A DNA stretch of 64,000 nucleotides, taken from the NCBI RefSeq assembly GCF_009914755.1, contig NC_060947.1. One strand, given 5' to 3'. Source of the stretch: the human T2T-CHM13v2.0 reference genome, Homo sapiens. The notes beneath the pieces were generated by a model. That model did not search any database, was not told the origin of the DNA, and worked only from the letters and a program-made list of their open reading frames with translations. Positions 1-12,196 of the stretch are shown here, one piece after another (position 1 is the stretch's first letter; every line of letters begins with the position of its first letter). A program made the translations under genes and the position numbers.

Positions 1-1200
1 GGGAGTAGTGTTGATATTTACCAGGATAAATATCACCTGGCATTTATCCACCCTGATGACCACTCTGATGACATTCCTTTTGTTGGTGACCTGTTCTTTC
101 TCTCTAGCTGCCTTTGATATTTTTTCTTTCATCTTGACATTGGAGAATATGATGACCATGTGACTTGGGGATGGTTGTCTTGTACAGTATCTCACAGGGA
201 TTCTCTGGATTTCCTGAATTTAAATGTTGACCATCCAACAAGGGTGGAGTAATTTTTGTGAATGATACCTTCAAATTTGTTTTCCAAGTTGCTTGTTCTT
301 TCTCCCTGTCTTTTAGCGATGCCAATAGGTTGCAGGATTGGTCTCACTACATAATCTCAAATTTCTTGGAGGTTTGAGGCATTCTTTTATATTCTTTTTT
401 CTATATAATTTTTTTCTGACTGAGTTGATTCAGAGAACTAGTTTTCAGGCTCAGAGATTTTTCCTCTGCTGGGTTAATTCTGTTGTTCCTACTTTTAGTT
501 GTATTATGAGATTCCTTCAGTAAGTTTTTCAGCCTTATCTGTTCTGCTTGGTTCCTTCTTAAAATGGCGATTTCATCTTTCAGCTTTTCTGTCATTTTAT
601 TGGATTCCTTAGATTCCTTGGATTTGGTTTTGACTTTCTCCTGAATCTCAATGATCTGTGTCCCTATCCAGATTCTAAACTCTCCGTCTCTCATTGTGGC
701 CATTTCACCCTGCTTTAGAACCATTGCTGGAGAACTAGTGTGGTAGTGAGGAAGGAAGAAGATGCTCTGGTTTTTGGAGTTGCTAGAGTTCTTGTGCTGG
801 TTCTTTCTTATCTGTGTGGGCTGATGTTCCTTTACTATTTGAAGTTACTAGACCTTGAATGGGTTTTTTATTCTTTTATACTCGTTGAAGCCCTTGAGTG
901 TTTGACGGTGGTGGGTTCTGTCAAGAGGCTTCATTTCTAGAAGATGTTATGGGCAAAAGCTCAGGTCAGTACTCTTGGGCTGTATGCTCAACGTTTGGGG
1001 ACTGATACGAGGCCCATGTCATTGTTCTCTGTCGCTGTGATGTAAAGCAACTGCTCTGCTAGAGACACCGGGGTGTTCCTTGTCCACTGACAACGACACT
1101 CTGATGGGAGTTGCTGTCTGAAGTGCTTCACTGGGGCAGAAGCAGCAGAGTCTATGCTCAAATGGGCATACCACCAGCAAGAGCAGAATACCACCACCAA
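1..1200 (-). mobile_element. L1 (primate L1P/L1PB-like) 5' UTR and ORF1 fragment, running off the window start
   Basis: Minus ORFs 401-724 (EFRIWIGTQIIEIQEKV...LKDEIAILRRNQAE) and 104-325 resemble the L1 ORF1p coiled-coil region; reading frame is disrupted. Confidence 0.85.
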
Positions 1201-1219
1201 CAAGCATACCACCCAGCTT

Positions 1220-2000
1220 GTCAATAGATGAAAATATATAAGTTTCCTAAGTATAAAATCAACATGGGAAAAATAAACTTTGTTTTCTTGCAGCAACAAT
1301 GAATATGAAAATAAAGAAAATATAACCTCTAACCTATCATTCCAAACATTAAGTACCTCAAAAAAACTAACCAACAAAATTAAAACATTACAGAAAAACC
1401 ATTAACACGTTATTTAAAAATATTAATGAAGACCGACAGGAACAGAAAATAAATTCATGGGAATGAAGTTTCAATAGTTTTCCTTAAAACGGAATCGATA
1501 GAATAATTGTAATCCCAAATCAAAACAACCGAATGCCTTTGCACGTGAAGGCATCTATGAATCACCTGATTCTAAAATGTAAAGACATGCAAACCGCCAA
1601 GCATAGTCAATACACTCTTGAGAAAGTGCAATTCATCCAACAGATAGTAAGAATTACAAAGGAGCTATTGTATGAAGCGTTGGAGGTCTGGGTGCATGGA
1701 TTAACAGATAGACCAATGGAACTGAATGGAAAGTCCTGAAAAACAAAACCAACAAAACATGTATAAAAGCAAGCTTAATTGATTAAAATGTGTTGCAGCT
1801 TTAGAACTGGAGACTGTCTTGTTGAAATAAGTATCAGTGGAACAACTAAATATCCATATAAAAAACCTTAATGTAAGTGGAACCCTTTTTCATATTATAC
1901 AAAAATGCAATTACAGGGAAATTCAAAACCTACTTTTAAAATGTTCATTATAATAACTTTGAAAACACAGAAATGCACAGAATAATAAATAAGTCTTTGT
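1220..2000 (+). mobile_element. Old L1 (L1M/L1ME-like) ORF2 3' fragment
   Basis: A-rich degenerate L1 ORF2 motifs (gattctaaaatgtaaag, acagatagaccaatggaac, ggaacaactaaatatccata). Confidence 0.65.
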
Positions 2001-3504
2001 ATAGATTATGTAAGGCTGGAGTTGAAAGAACTGAAAGACTCTGAGGTCAATGGTCACTTCAGTAGCAAGAGGAGCGAGATGATATGAGTCAAAGAGGAAC
2101 ACAGGAAATGGCACCTCCTCTCTCCCCCTTGTCTCACCCATAGAAGGTCTAGCTGCTTTCATAAGCCTGTGCTTTTTGAGAGTAGAACTTAGATCTCAAT
2201 AGTAGCTGGGGGAAGGCTACCTGGGACAATGATGGATTTATCCCCCTCTTACTTGAACCATCCTCCTGCTGACCTCTGGAACTCTGGTGAGTCAAGAAAT
2301 ATAACCAGAACAGTTCTATTCCAGAAAGTCCTGATGGAGGGCTGTTGTGTTGATGACAGACACCCTGACCAGATCCACAAACACTTTACTAACTTAGTGG
2401 CAGTGCCAGGTTGCTCACATGATAGGAGTAGAGGCCCATCTCCCTCTCCACATGGATAAGAGATCCACATACTTCTTTTCAGATGCTCTTACTCCTGACA
2501 GGACCCTCAGAAGGATTCTTGCGCCCTGAGATTTCAAAAAAGGTTGATTTGTGGCTTTGCCAGAGATTACCCTGAGGATTGGGGTTCTCTGCACCCACTA
2601 TGGTCAGGATCAACTCAGCTGTTCATGAGCTGACTTCCTTCCTTAGCTTTGTCGCCGTTTCCCAGGGGCAGTTGGCCTCTGCTCACAGCCAGGATTGGTG
2701 GATCATCAAACCTCAGCACTCAAGGTGGAAACCCACAGACAAGGAAGCTCTTCTCCCAGATTGGGAGGCAGCTGGTGGGTAAACTCCAGCTCTGGCCCAC
2801 ATGTCCTTGGGAATTATCCTCATGGAGCTTTTCTTCTGAGGTCCCAAGAAGGGAGCATTTCTTATGGATGGTAAAAAGAAAATGGCAGCCTATCCTTTTA
2901 CCTCCTGGTATTGGAAATAAGTGTCCCTTCCAGAAGAGAGAGGGACTAATGTTCTTGGAATTGAATCAGTGGGGAGTGTCAGGGGCCTTTTAAACGAGTA
3001 AACACACCCCTTCTCCAAACATGCCCCAGATGACTCACCTTCAGTTCCTATTTCTCACTTAGATTCAGCCTTCACTGAACATGCTGCCACTGACAGTGGA
3101 GGTTTACCATAGGTGCCATGAATGTAGAATTGTTGGGCACCAGGTTGAAGGAGGGGACGGCATTCCCAGATTTCAAGGAATAAGAAATGTTTGTGCATGT
3201 GTCAGAGTGATTACAAAATACACATGAAGGCTGTCAAAAAATTGAAAAACCAAAGTATGTCTTCATTTGATATTTGTTACCATCAAAGGGGCACAATTTT
3301 TACTTTTGTGCTTGATTTCTCCCTTCATCTTATCCCAAATCCAATCCAACAGCAACTTTTTTTCCTTCCACCTCTAAAATCCATTCCAAATCCTTCCACT
3401 TTTTCAATCTCCATTACTACTGCTGTATGTGATGTTAACATTCTCTCTCAGCTAGACTAGGTTAAAGTCTTCTTTATTGTTGCTACTTAAAAAAAATCCC
3501 AATC

Positions 3505-3812
3505 CATGGCATGGATGGAGCTAGAGGCCATTATTCTAAGTGAACTAACACAGTAACAGAAAACCAAATACTATGTGTTCTCACTTATAAGTGGGAGCTA
3601 GAGAGGAGAACACATGGACACATAGAAGGGAGCAACACACATTGGGGCCTTGCAGAGGGTGGAGAGTGGGAGGAGGGAGAGGATCAGGAAAAATAACAAA
3701 TGGGTACTAGGCTTAATAGATGGGTGGTAAAATAATCTGTACAAGAAACCCCCATGACACAATTTACCTATGTAACACACCTGCACTTCTATCTCTGAAA
3801 GTAAAAGTTAAA
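3505..3812 (+). mobile_element. 5'-truncated L1PA/L1PB 3' end
   Basis: atggatggagctagaggccattattctaagtgaactaac...ttctcacttataagtgggagcta...tttacctatgtaacacacctgcac; absent from units B and C. Confidence 0.85.
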
Positions 3813-3819
3813 ATGTTTT

Positions 3820-5760
3820 TTCAAAAACACACATCAAATGTAACTATTTTGTGAAGTTATACGTATTTTGGCGAATGCATGGCATCCCATATGTACCACC
3901 CGAGTATCGTAATGACCAGTATGATCAACTTAAAATTCTCCTGTGCATCCCATTTGAGGTCAGTCACTGCACTTCTGCAAAGCCCCTGGCAACTATGTTC
4001 TTCTTTCAGTTCCTATACTTTTAGCTTTCACCATGTCATAAGAGGAGGTGCATAAAATACTGATTTAAAAGTGCAGCTGTATCAGTTTTCATCACAACTA
4101 GCAAGGAATGAGAATTCCTGTTGTTCCATATCCTCTCTTACATTGGGTATTTTAGACTGTTGGATTTTAGCCATTGTAATAAGTGTGTATTGCAAACTTC
4201 TTTGGTTTTTGTTTGCATCTCCCTAATGACAAATGACATTACATGCCTCTTTCCAATATGTATATTCTCTTTGGTAAAGTGTTTGTTCAAATTATTTACA
4301 TTTTTTTTTAAAAAATAGGCTTCATTTTTAGAGCATTGCTAATCCAAAAATACAGAGAGAAAACTTCGTCAAAATTAGAGTTCCCACAGATCTACACCAC
4401 CCTCCCTGCTCTGCCTCACACGCACACACACCCACACACACACACATGAACACACACACACACAGTGTCTCCTATTATTTACAATTTGTATTATTATAGC
4501 ATGTTTGCTACAACTGATGGATCTGTATTGATACCTATTTAGTAAGTAAATTCCACAGTTTACATCAGGACTCATTCAACATTGTGGATGCTATGGTTTT
4601 TGATGAGTGTGCAATGGCAAGTATTCATCATTACAGTATCATACAGAATTGTTTCACCAACCTAAATCTCCTGTGTACTCCACCTATTGATTAATCCTCC
4701 ATTCCTCAACTCCAACCCCTCAGCCCTCGGAAACCACTAGTATTTTTAGTGTATTCATCTTGCCTGTTCCAGAATATCGTATGACCGGAATCATATATTA
4801 TGTCGCCTTTTTATATTTTCTTCTTTCACTTAGCAATAGGCTTTCACAATTCCTTCAGGTCTGTCCCACTAACAATGATTGAAAGTTCCTGTTGCTCAAC
4901 ACACGTGTGAACACTTGTTGGTTCAGTGTTTTGGGTTTCAGCCACTCTTCTGGGTCTGTAGTGTTATATCTTAGTTGTTTCAATTTGCGATTCTTTAATG
5001 ATATATGTCATTGTATTATTCTGTTTCCACATGGCTATAAAGAAATGCCTGAGACTGAATAATTTATAAAAGAAAGAGGTTTAGTTGACTCCCAGTTCCA
5101 CACGGCTGCGGGAGGCTTCAGGAAACTTATGATCATGGTGGAATGCGAAGGGGAAGCAGGTACCTTTTTCTCAAGGTGGCAGGAGGAAGAAGCACGAAGG
5201 AGGAACTTCGAAACACATACAAAACAATCAGATCTCGTGAGAACTCACTCACTACAAGGGGAACAGCATGGGTGAAACTGCCCCCATGATCCAATCATGT
5301 CCCTCCCTGGACATGTGGGGATGAAAATTTGAGTTCAGATTTCGGTGGGGACACAGAGCCAAACCATATCAGAAATTGGACAGTTGTATCCGATTACTTT
5401 CTATTCACATATATCTTTGGTGGGGTACCTGTTTAGAATTTTTGGCCATTTTCAATTAGGTTTTCTGTTTTCTTATGATTGGGTTTTAGCATTTTGTGCA
5501 TATTTAAATATATATCTTTTATCAGTTATGTGTTTCAGAAAACATTTATCCCAGTCTCTGTCTTTCTTTTCTCTTAGCAGTCTTTTAGAGTAGAAGTTGT
5601 TAATTTTAATGAAGTCCAATTTATATCTCTTTTCTTAGATGTTGGCACTTTTGGTGTTGCATCTGAAAAAGTCACCACCAAACTTAAGGTCAACTAGGGT
5701 TTGCACCTATAAGTTTGACCAAAATTTTGGTGATGCATCTGAAAATGTCATTACCAAAAC
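3820..5760 (-). mobile_element. Old L1M 3' fragments, also present in unit B (~13130-14690) and partly in unit C (~22960-24080)
   Basis: Antisense L1 3' motifs (gagaattcctgttgttccatatcctc, tttgcatctccctaatgacaaatgac, tttaattttaatgaagtccaattt). Confidence 0.7.
5012..5371 (-). mobile_element. MaLR solo LTR (MSTA/THE1-like)
   Basis: tgtattattctgtttccac...aatttataaaagaaagaggtttagttgact...ggggacacagagccaaaccatatca; absent at the matching site in unit B (~14320). Confidence 0.88.
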
Positions 5761-6202
5761 CAAACTCCCCTAGGACTTTCACCCATAAGTTTCAGTAAGG
5801 TTTAAAATTCTGATAAAATATGTTTGTCAACAAATGAATCATTTCCACATCAACAAATGTGTAGAGAAACTAATTGGTGAGACCTTTGGTGGAAAGAGTC
5901 AGCAACATTTGAAAAAGTATAAAATTATTCATACCCTGTTCACTTCTACACAACTTCTACATTGAAATGTATTCCTTATAAGGAATTTTATGCATTTGTC
6001 CCAGAATTTATGCTCAAATATATTGATTATATTTATACTAATTTTAGCCACAAAGAAAAAGCAAATATGTGTTCATCAGGAGGAGGTTGGTTCAGTTTGT
6101 TAATGCACAGAAATAAATTGGCATTCTCGGGAAAAGTCCCCAAAGTAAGGCAGATCTCTATGTGCTGACATGGAAAGATGCTGGATACATTTTAATAAGT
6201 GA

Positions 6203-6597
6203 GTATCATGGCATGTTAGGGTTGCAATAGCAAAGTACCACAACCTGGATGACAAAACAACAGAATTTCATTGTCTCACAGTTTTGGAATCTGGTAGCCC
6301 AAGAGCAAGGTGTACACAAGATTGATTCCTTATGAGGCTGTGATTGGGGGATGCTTTCCAGGCCTCTCTCATTGCCTTGTACCTAGCTGTCTTCCCTCCA
6401 TGTCTACTCACATTGTCATCTCCATACTCATATCTCTATGTCCAAATATCCCCTTTTTATACTGGCTTCCAATACGGCCAGCATTAATAACCTCATTTTA
6501 ACTTGATTGCCTTTGAAATAATCCTATCTCGAAATCAATGCCACATTTTAATTTCAGTGTAGAATTTTGTGGAAGAGGCAATTGAATCTATTATAGT
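6203..6597 (-). mobile_element. MLT1-type MaLR LTR (unit B paralog ~15082-15465)
   Basis: caaagtaccacaacctggatgac...ttgtctcacagttttggaatctgg...aataacctcattttaacttgattgcc. Confidence 0.8.
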
Positions 6598-7026
6598 GGC
6601 AGAGGTAAGTGGCAGATCTATATGTATATCATTATATCATTACACATGTGTGTATATATGTACATATATGTGTATATATAAAATAGCACATCTATCTTTA
6701 TGAAAGCCTGAAATCGAAAATCATATTTTAAAATTTACACGGCCACATTGTTACTTGTGGAAATTTCTGAGTAGGAGGCTGAGTTTTGGAGGAACTTTGT
6801 AAAGAAAGCAATGCAATTTCTATGTCTTTTTAGAATTTTTTGCAACAAAAATACATGCACTATTTACTTTTAAGTCAAATACTGAAATGACCCTAAGAAA
6901 AGGAAGAGGAGCACTCCAGTAGTCACATTAACAGTAACCTGATGGAAAAGAAAAAACTCCCTGAAAGTTAAATGGCTTCACACGAGTTGATTTTTGTGCA
7001 CATAAATTCTGATTTAAGTTGGCAGG

Positions 7027-7411
7027 GTGTTATGGGCTGAATTGCGCCCCTTTCCGAGTTCATATATCCAAGCCTCAACCCCCAGTACTGCAGAATATCA
7101 CTGTATTTGGAGACAGAACCTTTGAAGAGGCAGCTAAGGTAAAATGAGATCTTATGATTAGGATCATATTCAAGATGACTGGTGTTCTCATAAAAGAGCA
7201 GATTAAGATACCGACACACAGACCAAAGAACATCCATGTCAGAATTCAGTGAGAAAGTGGTCATCAGCAAGCCACGGGGAGGCCAGGGAAGAAATCAAAC
7301 TGGCCCACATCTTGATCTTAGATATTTAGCCTCCAGAAATGGGAGAAAATACAATTCTATTGTTTAAGTCACCCAGTCTGTGGTATTGTTATGGCATAAT
7401 AAACTAATCCA
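7027..7411 (+). mobile_element. MLT1-type MaLR LTR (unit B paralog ~15897-16289)
   Basis: tgttatgggctgaattg...cagaatatcactgtatttggagacag...gtttaagtcacccagtctgtggtattgttatggc...aaactaatcca. Confidence 0.85.
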
Positions 7412-9014
7412 CAGCAGGCCCTCACTTTCCCCTCAGCCAACAATCCAAGCTGCTTTCACCTTGCCCCTCCATGTCACAACAGATGTTTAGCGCTGAACAG
7501 AAACGAAAGCATGGGAATGATGCACTGGCTTCTGTCTAACTACAAATGAACCCGCCAGGAAGGCGAGCTAGACAAGGTGGAGATGGGCACTTGTAGTCTC
7601 TCCCATATGTCATTACGGTGCTCAAAGAAAAGCAACTATTATACTTGAGGACAGTAATTCTCTTCATGTCTTGGAATTGTTTCTGGGAATGTCCGCATAG
7701 CCTTGAAATCTTCCAACTTTTTCTTGCACCTACGAGGTGACTGGTGGTTTCAAATTCAGGATTACATCCAGTTTTAAGACAATTCTGTAAGTCTTTGCAG
7801 GGAGGGTCAACCTTAATCCCTCAATATCACTTGGCACTGTCCTTTTAATAACCTATATAATTTCTTTAGACTGAGAATTCTCTCATATTTTTGGTGTGTG
7901 AAAAATAACCTACCCTGTGAGCCTCTGCTACCCTCCATATGACGGAACATTCCTGAACAGCTATACACGTGCCTGTGGCTCACTGCAAGCCACGATTTTC
8001 CTGTGGGGCAGGTACACAGATGAGAGACAGTGGAAGGATGTTTAATTATTGTTTATTTCTCATCAGAGATGGCATGTCCCCCAAAATACCCTTGTCACCT
8101 CCTAGGCAGTCTTCAAGATTTTGTTACCGTTTTGTTTTTTTAGAAATTCACCTTCCTGTAGATCATTTAGAAAGTGATGTCTATAGCCTTTCCTCACCTA
8201 CAAAGTTTATGAAGGAAAGATTGGCATTTGATCATCTACACAAACTTATTCATCTCTGTTTGTGTTCAGTGCCCTGTTTCAGATAATGCATCTCATTAAA
8301 ATCATACTACAAGTATCAAGTATTAGGAAGATTTCAAATAGGCTATATCTGACCTTAGGATTACATCCCTAAACCCCATATGTTATGTGACAATCAGATT
8401 TTACTCTGCGGCCTATTTGGAAATATGTGGAGAGTGTGTTGAAGATGCCCAGCGTAGGTATGGAAATGTCACTATCCAAAGTGGATATTCACATCGAGGG
8501 CCGTTATCACAGAGGAGCCAGCGGGAGGGATGGATCGGTCAGGGAACTTCTCCAGTGACAAACAGTGGTCTATGTCAGGGGAAGGGCAGATGTCTCTGGG
8601 CTCTTGCACTGAGGGCTGGGCACAGGCTTCAGAGTGCGAGACCACAGTGAGAAGTTACTCAGCAGGCCAGGGTCCAGAGTTACACAGGAGAGCGCCCAGG
8701 GGAGATCAAATGGAGGGTGTTGTAAGGTGGGAAAGCCCTGCGGCTGGACAAAAGTACTGCCACCCAGACAGAGTCAGCTCTCAAGAAACCTAGGGCTCAT
8801 AACAGGAAGAATTTATGTAAAGAAAGCCCAAAACGATCCTTGAAAGGTATTGATTCTCATTGTCACCTTTCTTCTCTAGGCCTATCTAAATACTTTGTCA
8901 CAGGTTTCTCCTTTATGTTACCTGAAAGACATTAGGAAGTGTGAAGAGAAGTGACTTAACAGGAAGAAGGCTATGCTCAGGCTGAGAGGAGTGGGGACAG
9001 TGTGGGTCTAGATG

Positions 9015-9230
9015 AATTCAGAACTCAAGTCCCAGCCCAGTCACTTTCTAATCATGTGATCATCACGTGATCTTCGGGAATTTGTCATGAACTATAAACC
9101 TCAGCTTCTTCGTCTGTAAAATGGGTTTGATAATCCCTGTTCTGTAGAATGGCTGGAATGTATGTAGTGTGAGCAAAACACCTGGCACACAGCTTGGCAT
9201 ACCTTGGAATTTTAATAAATGGCAGTTGTC
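9015..9230 (+). mobile_element. MIR SINE (unit B paralog ~17860-18065)
   Basis: MIR core aacctcagcttcttcgtctgtaaaatggg...acacctggcacacag...aataaatggcagtt. Confidence 0.7.
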
Positions 9231-10233
9231 ATCAATATGATTATAACCCCAAAGTCTACTACTGTCTTTTGAGAAAAATTCAGCTCTTGTTTTCATTATC
9301 CAAAACGTCTCATAGAACATCTAGCTGAATATGTCAAGGAATATAAACTGAACCAAAAGTTTGGCTTCATAAATATACCTCAGGGCATTTTCTTTCTAAA
9401 AGGATATATTGTATCATTCAAGAAAGGAGAGGCTTCCACAACTGAATGCAACTCAAAGATTATAGATTTTAAGTTAAGGACCAACTCCTTTTCACCTTCC
9501 CCACTGATCATCCATCCAAACCACTAGTTTTATTTAAGTTCCACGAGAAATCTAGACCTTGCTTAGACTTGTCCACATTACATTCAAAAGAACCCAACTA
9601 AAAGTCCTGTCAATGGAATGGGCTTGGGCTCTCCCAGGCCTGGCAAATGAGTGCCAGCCTAGAGGCTTCTGAGCACCACATCAAGGAATTATCACCACAT
9701 TTCTCAGGAAAACTTGCAGATGATGGGTATCAATCACCTAGTCCTTGCACTGTGTTCAGGCTCACCAGTTAGAGAGCCACAGAACACCTTCCATGACTTC
9801 CCCAGGTGGAGACTCCTCTCTGCTTCATCCTCCACCCAGAGGGAACTACAGAAGTAGTTTTCCATTCCAGGCTTTTCTCTCACCTTCTGAGGGTCTGGGC
9901 CCTGCCACCACCCAGCTTCATGACAATCAGCCCTCACAGAATCACCTGCAGTTTCCTGAAGCCCCAAACTGCCTTAGCTCAGGGACTTTTTACTTGAAGG
10001 CCCCAACTAAAGTCTCATGTCCCCACTGTTTAAACTCATTCTTTAGATCATAGAGAAAATCTTACCCTTCCTGATATGGCTTCTGAACCTAGACTTTACC
10101 GTGTTATGGTAGGAATAAACCTTTTTTTGATAGTATCCCCACTAAGAACAGTGCTTTCCACAAGCAAATGCTGAAGTAACGTTCAGCAAGTGAAGGAGTC
10201 AGTGGTGCTTTTATTTATTAGAGATTTAAATTC

Positions 10234-10547
<314 letters not shown>

Positions 10548-11054
10548 TTAAATTATGCTACTTTCTTGATTAAGCCAAACAAACCCAGATATATAGCTTT
10601 AATTGTCTAGAACAACACAATAAGGAGGATGAGGAATGTCAAAAATTAACAATCCTTTATTTTGTTCCATGATTTAAATACGGAGTTCTTTCACATTTCA
10701 AAGAAAATTCCAATCCAATCCCGACACCACATTCTACTGTTCCAGATCATAAGACAGGTTTTCAATTTTTTTCCTTACAAACTATGAAATCCTTACTCTT
10801 AAACCAGATAAACAGCAGTACATGTGTGACGATTTTCATGAACTAAGATTCTGAAGTGAATTAAGCCAACCAAAAGGGGAAGCATTTGAAAAATACTGCC
10901 CCCCCCCCCCCGCCCACACACACAAAATGTTAAATTCTAAGTCACTCATATGAAACAGGAACACAAAGAACACTGTGGTCCCTCCAGCTCCACTCTCGTC
11001 CTCCCCTGCCTAGAACCTTGACTGCCCTCTTCAAACACAGAGGGGGAATCTGCC

Positions 11055-12196
11055 TCAGACTTGACTCAGGACAGAAGTTGGTGGACATGATAGTGGGCTT
11101 GCATGGGCCATGGAAGTAGCCTCATCTGTGGTGTCAATGACGGCCTGGGCTCTGCCTTCCACATCTTTCAAAGCATCCATGTACCAGGATGGAAAGGAAC
11201 TAGCAATGGTACTGTCTAGCTGCCTAAACACTCTAGGACTTTCGTCTTGCTGATTTCTGAATGGGCTCTTAGACCTCACAATAATTCATACTCTGGACGA
11301 GCATTGTAGGGCACCTCCCGGTACTCCAGATACTTTCTCTGCACCCAATCTATAGTGAGGAGCTCCCTGGGCTTCCCATAAATGAAGGGCTCCCTCCCAG
11401 CATACACCCCTATCGAATTCAGCACTTCCCAAATGACCTTCTCAGAGGCACAGCTGCCCTTTATGAAGACCACACTCAGAATAAGAATTAGGAGGTGGTT
11501 CTTGGACATTCCCTGGCCATCACTCAGCCTCCCTTGGTCGCAGAGTTCTACTGTGTTTTCAAAGACATAGGAGTGGTTGTTGGTGTCCATCTCAGTCAGG
11601 GCAATGCCAAACATTAGTTCCATGAACTCATGAGCTTTCCTGAAGATCACAGGAAAGCAGTCCTTATACTTCTTGATGACAGTCGTCAGCATCTCAGCCT
11701 TTGTGACAGGCTCCTTTATTTGATAATTGAGGAGAAGAAACTGCACCAACTCAGGCACCTTTTCATCCAGTGCATATGTGAGCAAGGATTCACTGTCTGA
11801 CAAGGCATGCCATGTAGCTGCATCCTCCACTTTTTGCCTGCTGGACTCCTCATCCAATGGGCCTCACAAAGAGGAGAAAGAGCAGGAGCTCAGAGGTCTC
11901 TGGGTAGGATCATGAAGAGGAATCCTGGGAGCACTCTGGGGAAGAATTGGAAACCCAGCAGCAGGCATGTCCTTGTCCTCTGGAGCATCCAGAATCAGAG
12001 TAGAGAATGAGGAAGAGGAGGAGGAGGAAGAGCAGGAGGGGAATAAAAAGTGGAAAGAGGAAGAGGAAATGGAGGAGGCTTCCTCCTCCTCCTCTTCTGT
12101 GGAATCCTGTGCAGATTCTACCAAGACCTGTATCAGAATTGCGGTCTGGAAGTCTTGCTCAAAGTTGAGGCGGGGAAGGATTGGGAAGAGAGGTGT
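11055..12196 (-). pseudogene. MAGE-C (MAGEC3-like) unprocessed pseudogene
   Basis: MAGE homology domain in ORF 11276-11857. Start ATG is ACA (12194-12196, same context as the MAGEC2 ATG). In-frame TGA at 11864-11866 and 11276-11278. Frameshifts near 11220 and 11095. Retains intron-like and flanking sequence. Confidence 0.93.

Noticed and set aside
11276-11857. 193 aa MAGE-domain ORF as a functional gene
   Set aside because: It is the interval between two nonsense codons, starts at TTG, and the copy lacks its start codon, promoter and exons 1-2
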